Positions 24,058 through 35,632 of a stretch of 64,000 nt of DNA are shown piece by piece. Every line of letters begins with the position of its first letter. Within the stretch, counting starts at the first letter, position 1. The stretch is from positions 124,592,732 to 124,656,731 of the forward strand of contig NC_068984.1 in assembly GCF_001194135.2 (NCBI RefSeq), read 5' to 3'. This stretch comes from Octopus bimaculoides (lineage: Eukaryota). The notes beneath the pieces are model-generated. The model did not search any database. It saw only the letters and a program-made list of their open reading frames with translations, and was not told where the DNA came from. The position numbers were made by a program, and so were the translations under genes.

Positions 24058-25081
24058 ATCCATACATACACACATAGACACACTGACACGCACATAGACA
24101 TATGTATATANNNNNNNNNNNNNNNNNNNNNNNNNNNNNNNNNNNNNNNNNNNNNNNNNNNNNNNNNNNNNNNNNNNNNNNNNNNNNNNNNNNNNNNNNN
24201 NNNNNNNNNNNNNNNNNNNNNNNNNNNNNNNNNNNNNNNNNNNNNNNNNNNNNNNNNNNNNNNNNNNNNNNNNNNNNNNNNNNNNNNNNNNNNNNNNNNN
24301 NNNNNNNNNNNNNNNNNNNNNNNNNNNNNNNNNNNNNNNNNNNNNNNNNNNNNNNNNNNNNNNNNNNNNNNNNNNNNNNNNNNNNNNNNNNNNNNNNNNN
24401 NNNNNNNNNNNNNNNNNNNNNNNNNNNNNNNNNNNNNNNNNNNNNNNNNNNNNNNNNNNNNNNNNNNNNNNNNNNNNNNNNNNNNNNNNNNNNNNNNNNN
24501 NNNNNNNNNNNNNNNNNNNNNNNNNNNNNNNNNNNNNNNNNNNNNNNNNNNNNNNNNNNNNNNNNNNNNNNNNNNNNNNNNNNNNNNNNNNNNNNNNNNN
24601 NNNNNNNNNNNNNNNNNNNNNNNNNNNNNNNNNNNNNNNNNNNNNNNNNNNNNNNNNNNNNNNNNNNNNNNNNNNNNNNNNNNNNNNNNNNNNNNNNNNN
24701 NNNNNNNNNNNNNNNNNNNNNNNNNNNNNNNNNNNNNNNNNNNNNNNNNNNNNNNNNNNNNNNNNNNNNNNNNNNNNNNNNNNNNNNNNNNNNNNNNNNN
24801 NNNNNNNNNNNNNNNNNNNNNNNNNNNNNNNNNNNNNNNNNNNNNNNNNNNNNNNNNNNNNNNNNNNNNNNNNNNNNNNNNNNNNNNNNNNNNNNNNNNN
24901 NNNNNNNNNNNNNNNNNNNNNNNNNNNNNNNNNNNNNNNNNNNNNNNNNNNNNNNNNNNNNNNNNNNNNNNNNNNNNNNNNNNNNNNNNNNNNNNNNNNN
25001 NNNNNNNNNNNNNNNNNNNNNNNNNNNNNNNNNNNNNNNNNNNNNNNNNNNNNNNNNNNNNNNNNNNNNNNNNNNNNNNNN

Positions 25082-25125
<44 letters not shown>

Positions 25126-25130
25126 TGATG

Positions 25131-26038
25131 ATTTCATTTATTTGCCACCAGGGCAATGGATGAGTGGGACAATACAGAGACAAACATAAAGTGTTAGGGT
25201 TTACTTATAATGAAATGTTGGAAGGAAGAAGGTAAGTACACACAGTATACAATGGAATGGAAGGGACCTATACATGGTATAGAATAGTTTTAAAAAAAGG
25301 GATCGTGGGGATGATAGAGATGTAGCACTCCTGATACAAGATTGCGGATAATCAAGGAACCCCACCGTCCAAGATTTCCCTGAACACCAAGAGCAACTGC
25401 CCTCTCCAATTCCTTCTCTCCGACTCAGGTCTACACTTAGAGAGCTACAATCCACTCTTGCCATTTTCGCAACTTTCACCCACCTTTAAGTAAACTCACT
25501 CGGGGACAGCACTTCCCTCTCAACCCTCAATTTCCTTCTCAAGTGAAACTTGGAGAAGGCAATGAGAGCTCTACTAAAGAGGAATGTATCTATTCTCATG
25601 CTTTTCAGGCAACTGCCTTGCCTGCCCGATTGCAGGAGGGTGGTGGAGCAATAATCACTACCGGCTCGGCCGATAGATAGATCCGTTCCACACATGCCAG
25701 TAGCTATTCGACATAACCCCACGAGTCAGCAATTCCTGGACACTGAACGAGTGCGTGCAGAACGGTTTCGTCACTATGCGCGCACATCGGACTAGCCCAT
25801 GTGACAGCACATCCGTGCCTGTAGATTTTATCTCGAACCGATAGCACCATCACCCTCCGCCACCACTCGGTAGCATTTCCAAGCCAAGGACATCTGGAAA
25901 TTATCCATGATAGTTCGCGACCGGAAAGTCCTCCGGAACAGACTTGCCGGCTCGTTTTCGTCGGAGCCCAGAGTTTCCCCGNNNNNNNNNNNNNNNNNNN
26001 NNNNNNNNNNNGGTAGAGGGATGTGAGCGCCTGATGAT

Positions 26039-26040
<2 letters not shown>
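25131..26040 (-). mobile_element. Tx1/L1-clade LINE 3' end, copy A (zf-RVT region, ORF2 C-terminus, 3' UTR)
   Basis: Decayed LFRRTF..MDNFQ.SLAW.CYR, SDETVLHALVQCPGIAD.W, FHLRRKLRVEREVLSP and KVAKMARVD..SLSVDL; ends ccctggtggcaaataaatgaaat plus (ATT)n; 5' truncation also abuts (ATT)n. Confidence 0.8.
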
Positions 26041-26087
<47 letters not shown>

Positions 26088-26091
<4 letters not shown>

Positions 26092-26680
26092 GAGAGTGTA
26101 CAGATGAAAAGTTGATACCAGATAACATTGAAAGTCAATGGTTTTGGAGAGGCATCTGGAGCAAAGACAAGGAGCATAAGAAGGATGCTGAATGGTTGCA
26201 AGAACTGAAACAAACAGTAGTCTGTCCAAAACAGGCAGAACTAGTCATTCTAGTTAGGGAATTGATGGAAATCAGCAGAAGAAAAAATGAGTAACTGGAA
26301 GGCCCCAGGACCAGATGGAGTTCAAGGCTACTAGATCAAAAAAATTGGTGAATGTCATGCACGAATAGCTGCGCAACTCAACACCTTGTTAAATGCTGAA
26401 CAAGTAACACCAGAGTGGTTGACAATGGGTAGGACAGTGCTGTGCTTGAAAAACATCGAAAAAAGGCAATACGGTAAACAATTACAGGCCGATATCCTGC
26501 TTGCCACTTATGAGGAAATTATTGACTGGAATAGTCAATGTACGGACATCTGGAAAACAATGGAGTCCTTCCACACGAGCAGAAGGGTTGCAGGCGTAAG
26601 TGAATATGTACCAAGGATAAACTCCTAGTAGACAAAACTGTACTTAGAGATTGCAAGAGGAGGAAAACTAACTTAGCCAT
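26088..26680 (+). mobile_element. R4/Dong-clade LINE, RT N-terminal fragment
   Basis: FWRGIWS...[71 protein letters not shown] with stops and frameshifts; preceded by (AAT)n. Confidence 0.88.
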
Positions 26681-27320
26681 ACCTGCCCGATTAAAGGAAA
26701 GTGGCGGGACAATCATCACTCTGTACTCGGTCGACAGATGGATCCATACTACACGCAACTTCAGCTGTTTGAGATAAGTCCACAGGTCAGCAATGCCCAG
26801 ACACTGAACGAGTGTGAGCAGAACGGTTCCGTCACTCTGCATGCACACACGGATATCCGTGTGTAGTAGAGTATCTCGAAACGATAGCTCCTCTCGCCAG
26901 CACTGGCAGGACAAGGACGTCTGGAAAACATCCATCGTAGTTCTCGATCGGAAAGTCCTCCGGAACAGACTAATCAGTTCGTTATTATAGACGCCCAGAG
27001 TCTCCGCGAGAACGTCGTCGCACTTCCCCGCCATTAAGCCTCTATATACTGCTAAAGTGGAACATCAAACAATCTTACTGCCCGACTAGTAGAGGGCTGT
27101 GAGCGTCTGATGACATTTTAGTTGCCAAGTGCCCAGTTTCGACCTTTTTTTCACCCAGGACTTTTCTTTACCCAGAAGACGAGCTGTGGAAATACATGCC
27201 TCACAAACGGAGCCCACACGCGCTCACTGTCCAGAAATCGTTGCGAGAGGTGCAGTCTGAGCGCTGAATGCGTGTTTGTGTATCAGAAACCATGGTATGC
27301 CTAAGCTGCCATGCAGGTCC
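26681..27320 (-). mobile_element. Tx1/L1-clade LINE fragment, copy B (RT thumb to zf-RVT)
   Basis: GSLGIPW, VWAPFVRHVFPQL, SLFRRTFRSRTTMDVFQTSLSCQCWR and TVLLTLVQCLGIADLW; visibly homologous to 25620-26040. Confidence 0.8.
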
Positions 27321-27670
27321 CCACCACAGGGTCTCAACACAAAACAAAATGGTCGATACAAAATATAGGACAGTGAAGGTTTAAATGTAGTACGTGTAAA
27401 CAGTGAAATAACAACACCAAAAATATCAAACAATAATATCCCACGAAAAGAGGAAGTCCACCCAGGATCAGCCAAGGAACTTTACACATCCTCGACACAC
27501 CGATCGCTAAGAGTATTTCAAGTAGGCACCACTCTCCTCTCCATTCCTTCTGGCCTACAGTTGCATGCATAGAGTAACACCATTCACATGGGTCACCCTT
27601 TCCACACTCACCCACTTTGCAGCAAAAATGCCGGGGTACAGTACGTCGCTCTCCACTCTTTCGCAATAAC
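27321..27670 (-). mobile_element. Tx1/L1-clade LINE 3' end, copy C (divergent subfamily)
   Basis: RVESDVLYPGIFAAKWVSVERVTHVNGVTLCMQL* (stop 27555-27557) aligns with RVEREVLSPSEF..RWVKVAKMARVD.SSLSVDL of copy A; 3' UTR ends gaccctgtggtggg. Confidence 0.65.
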
Positions 27671-27719
27671 GCCTCATGATCTCTGATCTTAACTGATTGG
27701 AAGTGTTATCATGTACATG

Positions 27720-28204
27720 TTTTGTCTAGGTAAATAGGATGGGCTACAGCAAATATTCTGCGCAATACCACAAATTTACATGTCATTTGGTTGACCTTCA
27801 CCAGTTGAGCATGTCCGTTAGTGGCTGATGATATGTGCACCTCTGATCATGAGCAGGAGTAGTGGTGGGGAGCATTATAGCCATGGGTTGAAAGGAATTC
27901 TTTGGTGTTTGAATAATTCACCTCTGAAAACACGGGTGTTTCATTCAACTTTCTTTAAACAAACCCTATTCTGGGACTTTTTAGGTAAGATGGGCTACTC
28001 TACCTGAAGAGGATTCTAACTGGGTCTCACCTACTAAGTCATGTGCTGTTTAATGTGGATATGAGATCACTGTTTAGCGCACATATGGTTGTGGCGCATG
28101 TACCTGGCGTACCTTTATCAGGCAGGTAGTCATGATGGGTATATTGAGCTTCGTATATTTGTACCCCAGTATCACTTTGATGGCATGCATTGCGCTCTTA
28201 CTCA

Positions 28205-28205
<1 letters not shown>
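27720..28205 (+). mobile_element. Non-coding retroposon 3' segment ending in (TAA)n (family D)
   Basis: Homologous copy at 56935-57640 on the minus strand; ends gatggcatgcattgcgctcttactcag plus (TAA)n. Confidence 0.65.
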
Positions 28206-28265
<60 letters not shown>

Positions 28266-28325
28266 GGAGAAGAAAATGATGAAGAAGATAACAGCAACAA
28301 TGGTACAAACAACAACAATGATAAT

Positions 28326-28545
28326 GATTTCATTTATTTGTCACCAGAGAGAAGGTTGAGGGGGGCAATACAAAAGCGACATAAAATGTGGGGGTTTACA
28401 TATAATAAAATGATAAAATAAATAAATAAATAAATGAAAGGAGTAAGTATACATGGTATACAATGAACAGGAAGGGAAATATACATATTATACAAAGGTT
28501 AACAAAAAAGGGCGAGGGATGATGGCGACGGATGATGCACCAGAG
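28326..28545 (-). mobile_element. Tx1/L1-clade LINE 3' UTR, copy D
   Basis: atttcatttatttgtcaccag...gggggcaatacaaaagcgacataaa...gtttacatataat is homologous to 25131-25330. Confidence 0.7.
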
Positions 28546-28836
28546 CTTTGTGCAAAAATAAGCACATTACTGTATATGTAAGCTGTAAGGAGTGGACTTC
28601 TGAATGTAAAACAAGTTTTATCAGCCTTCTTTTCTACCCGCTTTGAGACCTGGAGTGTTCAGAGGGATTGTACTTTCCTCGGGGATATTAGAAAACACAC
28701 ATTTCTGTTCATGCATGATTATATTTCATTACATGTTTCATTGTATCAAACAGAACTGAAAGTTTCCATGGAATTCAATGCCGCGGTAGCCTGTATGACT
28801 TCTACTACTGTTCATATAATGTATGTATATATATAT

Positions 28837-28887
<51 letters not shown>

Positions 28888-29049
28888 GGATGGGGGAAAT
28901 TATGCGTATAAGCAAATTAAATATAACAGCTTGGGCTTGATATACAAAAAAGAAAAAATATATATGTATACATGCAGACAGAAAGAAAGCAAAGACTAAG
29001 ACTAAAGACGTTCAAACTTACACAACAGTACGAACGAAATATGAATTTA

Positions 29050-29250
29050 AAGGAGAAGAAGTAAGATATTATAAGTCCAACAGCTGTTTCTGGCGGCACG
29101 GAATTCCCAGGCTGTAATGGAAGCAATTAAACATTGGGCAAGTCGGACCTCCGTCGTCATTTATTACTCTTATTGACATCAGGTTCGAATCATTTGACCG
29201 CTATCTGAGTGTTTTCTGTACCGAGGATCTCTAGAACTCATCTGATGACT
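29050..29250 (-). mobile_element. Penelope-like fragment, degenerate
   Basis: Minus strand gaaacagctgtt, a palindromic stem III typical of PLE hammerheads, but the CUGANGA box is decayed. Confidence 0.35.
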
Positions 29251-29398
29251 ATATATANNNNNNNNNNNNNNNNNNNNNNNNNNNNNNNNNNNNNNNNNNN
29301 NNNNNNNNNNNNNNNNNNNNNNNNNNNNNNNNNNNNNNNNNNNNNNNNNNNNNNNNNNNNNNNNNNNNNNNNNNNNNNNNNNNNNNNNNNNNNNNNNN

Positions 29399-29432
<34 letters not shown>

Positions 29433-29879
29433 TTATATACATATAAACAGACATACACAAAAGCACACGCTAATGAACCCACACATATCTCTCAGACTCA
29501 CACAGCACACACTGATACATACACGCACGCACTGATACATACACGCACACACTGATAATACACGCACACAATTATACATACATGGACATACACATACATG
29601 TACATACCCGCACACACGCACACACACAGTAACGCATATTTGCTTCACAGACACAACCCCCCACACAACCCCACATATGCACACACGTACAGATACATAC
29701 ACACACACGCACACACAGACACAGGCACACACTGCACACAAAACTCACACACACACATACGCACATGCACATGCTATTATTACACACACAACACACAGAC
29801 CTGCGTGCACGCACATACCCACACATACACACACATATCTCTTTCTCTTGCACTCTCCTGTCTTAGAAAGAACTTTTTC

Positions 29880-30100
29880 TTCACCCATTCCCTTCCGGTC
29901 ATTTCAAAATGTAACTGCGTGTGTATCGTTGGCGATTTACTTCCTCCGTCTTCCCTTCCTTTCGACGTTCCTCTATTTCTGACGAAGAGCTTTGCTCGAA
30001 ACTATAAATCCTGTTTCCTTACTTTCCTGAGCGTCTGAGAATACAGTACTTTCTACAACATCCTTGCGTTATTGTTCTTTCTTGTTTGTTCTTCTTTGTT
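29880..30100 (+). mobile_element. Penelope-like terminal-repeat fragment with hammerhead core
   Basis: atttctgacgaagagctttgctcgaaac at 29975-30002, then tttcctgagcgtc...aataca; homologous to 59520-59655. Confidence 0.6.
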
Positions 30101-30125
30101 TGGATTCACTATATATACATACATG

Positions 30126-30204
<79 letters not shown>

Positions 30205-30693
30205 TTATGTTGTGTAATAAACTTACAATTTGCTGTCCAAGGCTCTTCTCCGGGTATAAGCTACCAAATGTTATTGTTCAGTAGTAGGACTTCTCCAATT
30301 ACTGGCTATAAATGTAGATGTCCGCCAATATCGGTAGAGTATAAGCACACATCGTTAATGCGAAAAGGTGGATTGAACACGCTTTATTAAATATCACAGC
30401 AATTATTTGAACGTATCATTACCAGCTGTTAATTGCTGAATGTTACCCATATTATACCAAATATTGTTTTAATATGATTCATCAATAGTTGCATACATGC
30501 GCATTCTCGAATGCCCCCTGTCAATGCACTGCTTTTTCGTCTATAGTTTCTCCACACACCGGTACCGAAATACCATATGCTCATACCCATACAGAAATAC
30601 TATTTTAAGTATTCTGCTGACATATAGGAACAAGGAAATACCATACATACACGTATACATACCAACATACACACATAGATAGGTAAATACATA

Positions 30694-30756
<63 letters not shown>

Positions 30757-31384
30757 GTAGGAGTGTGTGTGTGTTTGTATATGTATGTATGTATGTATTT
30801 TTGTTTCAACATTCACTTCATATCTTTTCTGTCTATACTTCTCACACTCACCGCCTAAGTTCTCTAACATTTCTCTACACCCTAACTGCATCTTTTATCA
30901 TCTCCATCTCCGCGCTCAGTCTCCATCGCATCAGATGCCCTCTAACCTGAGACACTCATCACTACTAGCTCCAGTAAACATCTTTTCGGCGTTAAGTTTC
31001 TTTACTAAAGCGACAACCGACTATTTGCATTCGCATTAAGCATAAACGAACTTACATTTAGAGACAAATATACATTTTTATGCGTGCGTGAGTATCTGTT
31101 TGTGTGAGCGCGCACGCCCGAGTGTGCGTGTGTGTGGTATGTGTGTGTATGTGTTTGGGGGTGTGTATGTGTGACTGCGCGTGAGCGTGTGCAGCCCAGA
31201 GTCAACACGAAAAAGGGAGCTGTCATTACTGAGATTTGAGATCAGAACAGACGAATAAACACGAATAAACAAAAAGGTGAGGCTCTGCGGCTCCATTTTA
31301 AGCTTAGTCGTGTAGTCGTGGTAACTGCTCATAGCTAACGAACTTTGCATCATACACATATAATTGTATGTTTATGTGCATGTA

Positions 31385-31443
<59 letters not shown>

Positions 31444-31629
31444 ATTATTATTATTAATATACACACACACACACAGTGTATAGAGTGTTTGAAGTGATGT
31501 ACAGAGCGAGCAGTCCTCTCTGACGAAGCCTATGGAAATAGGCGAAACTAAATGTTTAGTCTTACAGATTCTCGTGTCGATGATGGGGCAGTTGCAACCC
31601 CTGTCAGCATGTGTGTACAGATTTACGTG

Positions 31630-32395
31630 CTTCCTACACGTGACGAGAAAAGGAAGGCAGGAATACGAGATGGATCTCAAATAAGAACACTTCTCAGAGA
31701 TCTACAGTTTGTTACGACAATGTGTGTGGCGGAGGCTAGAGCTTAGAATGCCTTCTCTGATGAGGTGCGGAATTTCCTTGGGAACAGGAAAGCTGACAAA
31801 TATTAAGAGATTGTGCAGGAGCTGGTCTCGAGTTTTCAAGCACTTGGATGTCGAATGAGCGTTCAATTGCATTGCTAACACAGTCACTTGGGTGAGTTTC
31901 CAGAGAACTTGGGTGATGTTAGCGAAGAACATGGTGAACACATTCATCAAGATGTAAAAGTAATTGAAAAACGCTACCAAGGCCGATGGGGCTTAAACAT
32001 GGCAGATTACTGCTGGAGCTTGATGAAAGATGTTCCAGAAGCTGTGCACGAGAGATCGTCAAAAACGAGGAAGTTCTTGTAGCGATAAGATGATCAGAAT
32101 GAATAACCACGTATTCATATTTTGTTATAACCAAGCTTAATTCTTGCATGCGAATGTGCCTTTACGCCCACAGCTTTGTGTTTTGATTTATAAAATTAAA
32201 AGTAAGACATATTGTCTATTAAAAATTGCGTCTACATATGTTTAATTCTTCCCTTATGAGCATTAAATAGCTGTTTCTAGAAACTGTAAAAGATTTTATA
32301 CCTCAAAAATCTGGTGCCAGATTTGGATTCAGCACCCCGAAATTAGATAAAAACCACTGATAAACTTTGTGCCACAAAATATGTGTTGATCAGTG
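31630..32395 (+). mobile_element. Chapaev3-like (CMC) DNA transposon, 3' part with transposase pseudogene
   Basis: One frame at 31640-32082 with 3 stops: GI.DGSQIR.L...NFLGNRK...GCRMS.QLH..HSHLGEFPENLGDVSEEHGEHIHQD.KVIEKRYQGRW..MADYCWSL; right end tgttgatcagtg (CAGTG terminus). Family name assigned from recalled motifs. Confidence 0.75.
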
Positions 32396-33170
32396 TTATA
32401 AGCAACACTACCTCGTCTCAAACATACGCATACATATATATCCGACTAAGACAAAGATGAAAGAGAGACGGAAAGAGATAACAAATATTCACTAAAAGTT
32501 AAATATATTCTGCAAATAAAATATGGTTCTAAGCACTGTCCTCGGGAAGGTTGACAATGTGGACAAACCTGGTTGTAACGTATAAGTCCTTTCTTCGCGT
32601 AGGAAGTCATCCATTGCTATTTAAACATCCTGTCTTTATACTAATACGTTTAAGGACGCAGGAAGCCTATGTAAATCTCAACTCCTTAATAATATTAAAG
32701 AAATAGTAGTAATAGGAACTAACGAGCAGTTTAATTCCATAAGTCATTATGACATGTAAAATAGATATTAATCCGCACTTAACATAGCTCTGTGGTCGTC
32801 TCTGGTAAAACGCCGCTTTTATCAAGGACTGTACAAATATCCAATTAAATAAGTGTTATTTAAAAAGGATTTTCTGTAAAGTATCATTTTGTTCATTACT
32901 ATGATAACTGAGTGTTAGCATTGTTTGAGAAAAACCTTCTTTATAAGACTATATTAATGAGTAAGCTAATCGATCTGTATCGATTTCGATGGTTTTTCCA
33001 AGAAAATATAGCTTCAAAAATATTCATATCTTTTGGCTATATATCATCTCTTTGAACACAAAATTTCAATAGTTATATAAAAAAATGTCACATATGCACG
33101 CACACATGCACACACACGCACACACATTCAATTACACATACACATTTATTATATGAAAAATATATAAATA

Positions 33171-33328
33171 GGCGCAGGAGTGGCTATTTAAGCAAGCAGC
33201 TTGCTTATCAACCACATAGTTCTGGGTTCAGTCCCGCTGCGTGGTACAATGGGCAAGTGTCTTCTACTATAGCTTCGGGCAGACCAAAGCCTTGTGAGTG
33301 GATTTGGTAGACGGAAACTGACAGAGGC
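33171..33328 (+). mobile_element. SINE family B, 5' half (truncated)
   Basis: ggcgcaggagtggct...gggttcagtccc...gggcaagtgtcttctactatagc...ggtagacggaaactga. Confidence 0.88.
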
Positions 33329-33338
33329 GAGAAACTTA

Positions 33339-33521
33339 AAGGCGGTGAGCTGGCAGAAACGTTAGCACACCGGACGAAATGCTTAGCGGTATTTCGTCTG
33401 CCGCAACTTTTTTGAGTTCAAATTCTACCGAGGTCGACTTTGTCTTTCATCCTTTCGGGGTCGATAAATTAAGTACCAGTTACGCACTGGGGTTGATGTA
33501 ATCGACTTTGTCCCTTTGTCT
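33339..33521 (+). mobile_element. SINE family A, left monomer running into a gap
   Basis: aaaggcggtgagctggcagaaacgttagcac...gaggtcgactttg...ggggtcgataaattaagtaccagtt. Confidence 0.92.
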
Positions 33522-34035
33522 NNNNNNNNNNNNNNNNNNNNNNNNNNNNNNNNNNNNNNNNNNNNNNNNNNNNNNNNNNNNNNNNNNNNNNNNNNNNNNN
33601 NNNNNNNNNNNNNNNNNNNNNNNNNNNNNNNNNNNNNNNNNNNNNNNNNNNNNNNNNNNNNNNNNNNNNNNNNNNNNNNNNNNNNNNNNNNNNNNNNNNN
33701 NNNNNNNNNNNNNNNNNNNNNNNNNNNNNNNNNNNNNNNNNNNNNNNNNNNNNNNNNNNNNNNNNNNNNNNNNNNNNNNNNNNNNNNNNNNNNNNNNNNN
33801 NNNNNNNNNNNNNNNNNNNNNNNNNNNNNNNNNNNNNNNNNNNNNNNNNNNNNNNNNNNNNNNNNNNNNNNNNNNNNNNNNNNNNNNNNNNNNNNNNNNN
33901 NNNNNNNNNNNNNNNNNNNNNNNNNNNNNNNNNNNNNNNNNNNNNNNNNNNNNNNNNNNNNNNNNNNNNNNNNNNNNNNNNNNNNNNNNNNNNNNNNNNN
34001 NNNNNNNNNNNNNNNNNNNNNNNNNNNNNNNNNNN

Positions 34036-34105
<70 letters not shown>

Positions 34106-34106
34106 G

Positions 34107-34385
34107 TGGCATTTCATCGTGTGTCCGATGATTTATCTGGCTTTTTCTTGACCGCTTCTTCCACTCTGTCCGTGTTTATGCCTCTGATGGAAATGTCTAT
34201 TGCAAGGTTCACAAGGTATCCGTGGTGGAGGCTTTGTTTGTTGCAGCCTCCATTTACTTTCATGTCATTTCTCTCCTTCTTTCCTACGTCGTTCAGTTTC
34301 AAAATGATCTGTCGCAGTGAAGATGGAAGGAAGCTATCTGGGCCTGTCTTGAGCATCAATGTCCCAGGCTTTGGGATCGATTGTA
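34107..34385 (-). mobile_element. RTE-clade LINE 3' end
   Basis: DPKAWDIDAQDR..., DHFETERRRK and PCEPCNRHF match the RTE C-terminus; ends catcggacacacgatgaaatgcc plus a (CGC)/(CGA)n tail. Confidence 0.72.
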
Positions 34386-34405
34386 TGTTATATGTTATAT
34401 ATATA

Positions 34406-34478
<73 letters not shown>

Positions 34479-34538
34479 TTTGTGTTAGCATGTGTGTGTG
34501 TATGCATGTGTACGTGTGTAAGTATGTGTGTGTATATA

Positions 34539-35463
34539 TTGAGTCATCCCACAAATAATGCAGTTTTTTCAATTTCCCGAACTAAAAGTCAGAGGGGGAC
34601 AGGATAAACTACCTGCATCAACTCGCTATAAAAGCAGGTAGTAATTTCCCCTTGTGCTTATTCTTAGTGTAAATTTTTAAGAGTTCAGTTCGATTTTAAC
34701 GGTTATTTTTTCAAAGCTATAATGGAAGTGACAAACGAACATATTCGGCATACTTTGCTTTATAGTTTTAATAAAGGCAATGACACAACGGAAAGTGCGA
34801 AGAATATTAACGCAGTATATGGGGATCGGAGAATATGTGTAAGCCAGTGTCAACGGTGGTTCCAGAAATTCAGAGCCGGAGACTACTGACTAGAAGACGA
34901 GCCTAATCCTGGAAGATCTGTAGAGCTCGACGAGGATGTCCTGCAAACCCTAGTAGAACAAGATCTTATCGTAACCTTTGAGGAACTAGCAGAGAAGCTT
35001 GGATTGGGTCATTTAATCAGTGATCATCACCTGCATGTCATCGGAAAATGACCATCCTTGGTTTCAAGATGAAAGGTGTTCTTCCATCAGGATAATGCCC
35101 GATCACATACAGCGAGGATAACATTCCAAAGGCTGGAGTAGTTTGAATGGGAAACGATGCCCTACTCACCATATTCGCCGGACATTGCCCCATCTGATTA
35201 TAATTTATTCCGCAGTCTTCAAACTCATTTGGACGGATGAAATAAGAATTCTGTAGACGAGGTCAGAACATGACTAGAGGAGTATTTTTCGTCACGAACA
35301 AATGAATTTTGGAAGAGGGGCTTTGCAAGTCTACCAGATAGATGGAAGAGCATTGTAGAAAATAAAGGAAAGTATATTGTAGATTAAAAAAGAACTTTGT
35401 TTATCTTAATTTTGAAAAATAAAAGAAGTATTAAAAAACCGCATTGTTTACAGGATGACCCAA
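34539..35463 (+). mobile_element. Mariner element, internally deleted, both TIRs present
   Basis: TA-ttgagtcatcccacaaataatgcagtttt ... aaaaccgcattgtttacaggatgacccaa-TA; ATG at 34722 MEVTNEHIRH...QRWFQKFRAGD..LEDEP..GR; HQDNAR, YSPDIAPSDY and RWKSIVENKGKYIVD* (35385-35387); WVPHEL and the first catalytic D are missing near 35048. Confidence 0.95.
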
Positions 35464-35578
35464 TATATTGTCAATATCTGCTGAAGTAACAGAGTGATTC
35501 AAGGACCGNNNNNNNNNNNNNNNNNNNNNNNNNNNNNNNNNNNNNNNNNNNNNNNNNNNNNNNNNNNNNNNNNNNNNN

Positions 35579-35632
<54 letters not shown>

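Noticed and set aside
34114-34572. 150-aa ORFs on both strands
   Set aside because: Off-frame and antisense readings of an RTE 3' end joined to a microsatellite
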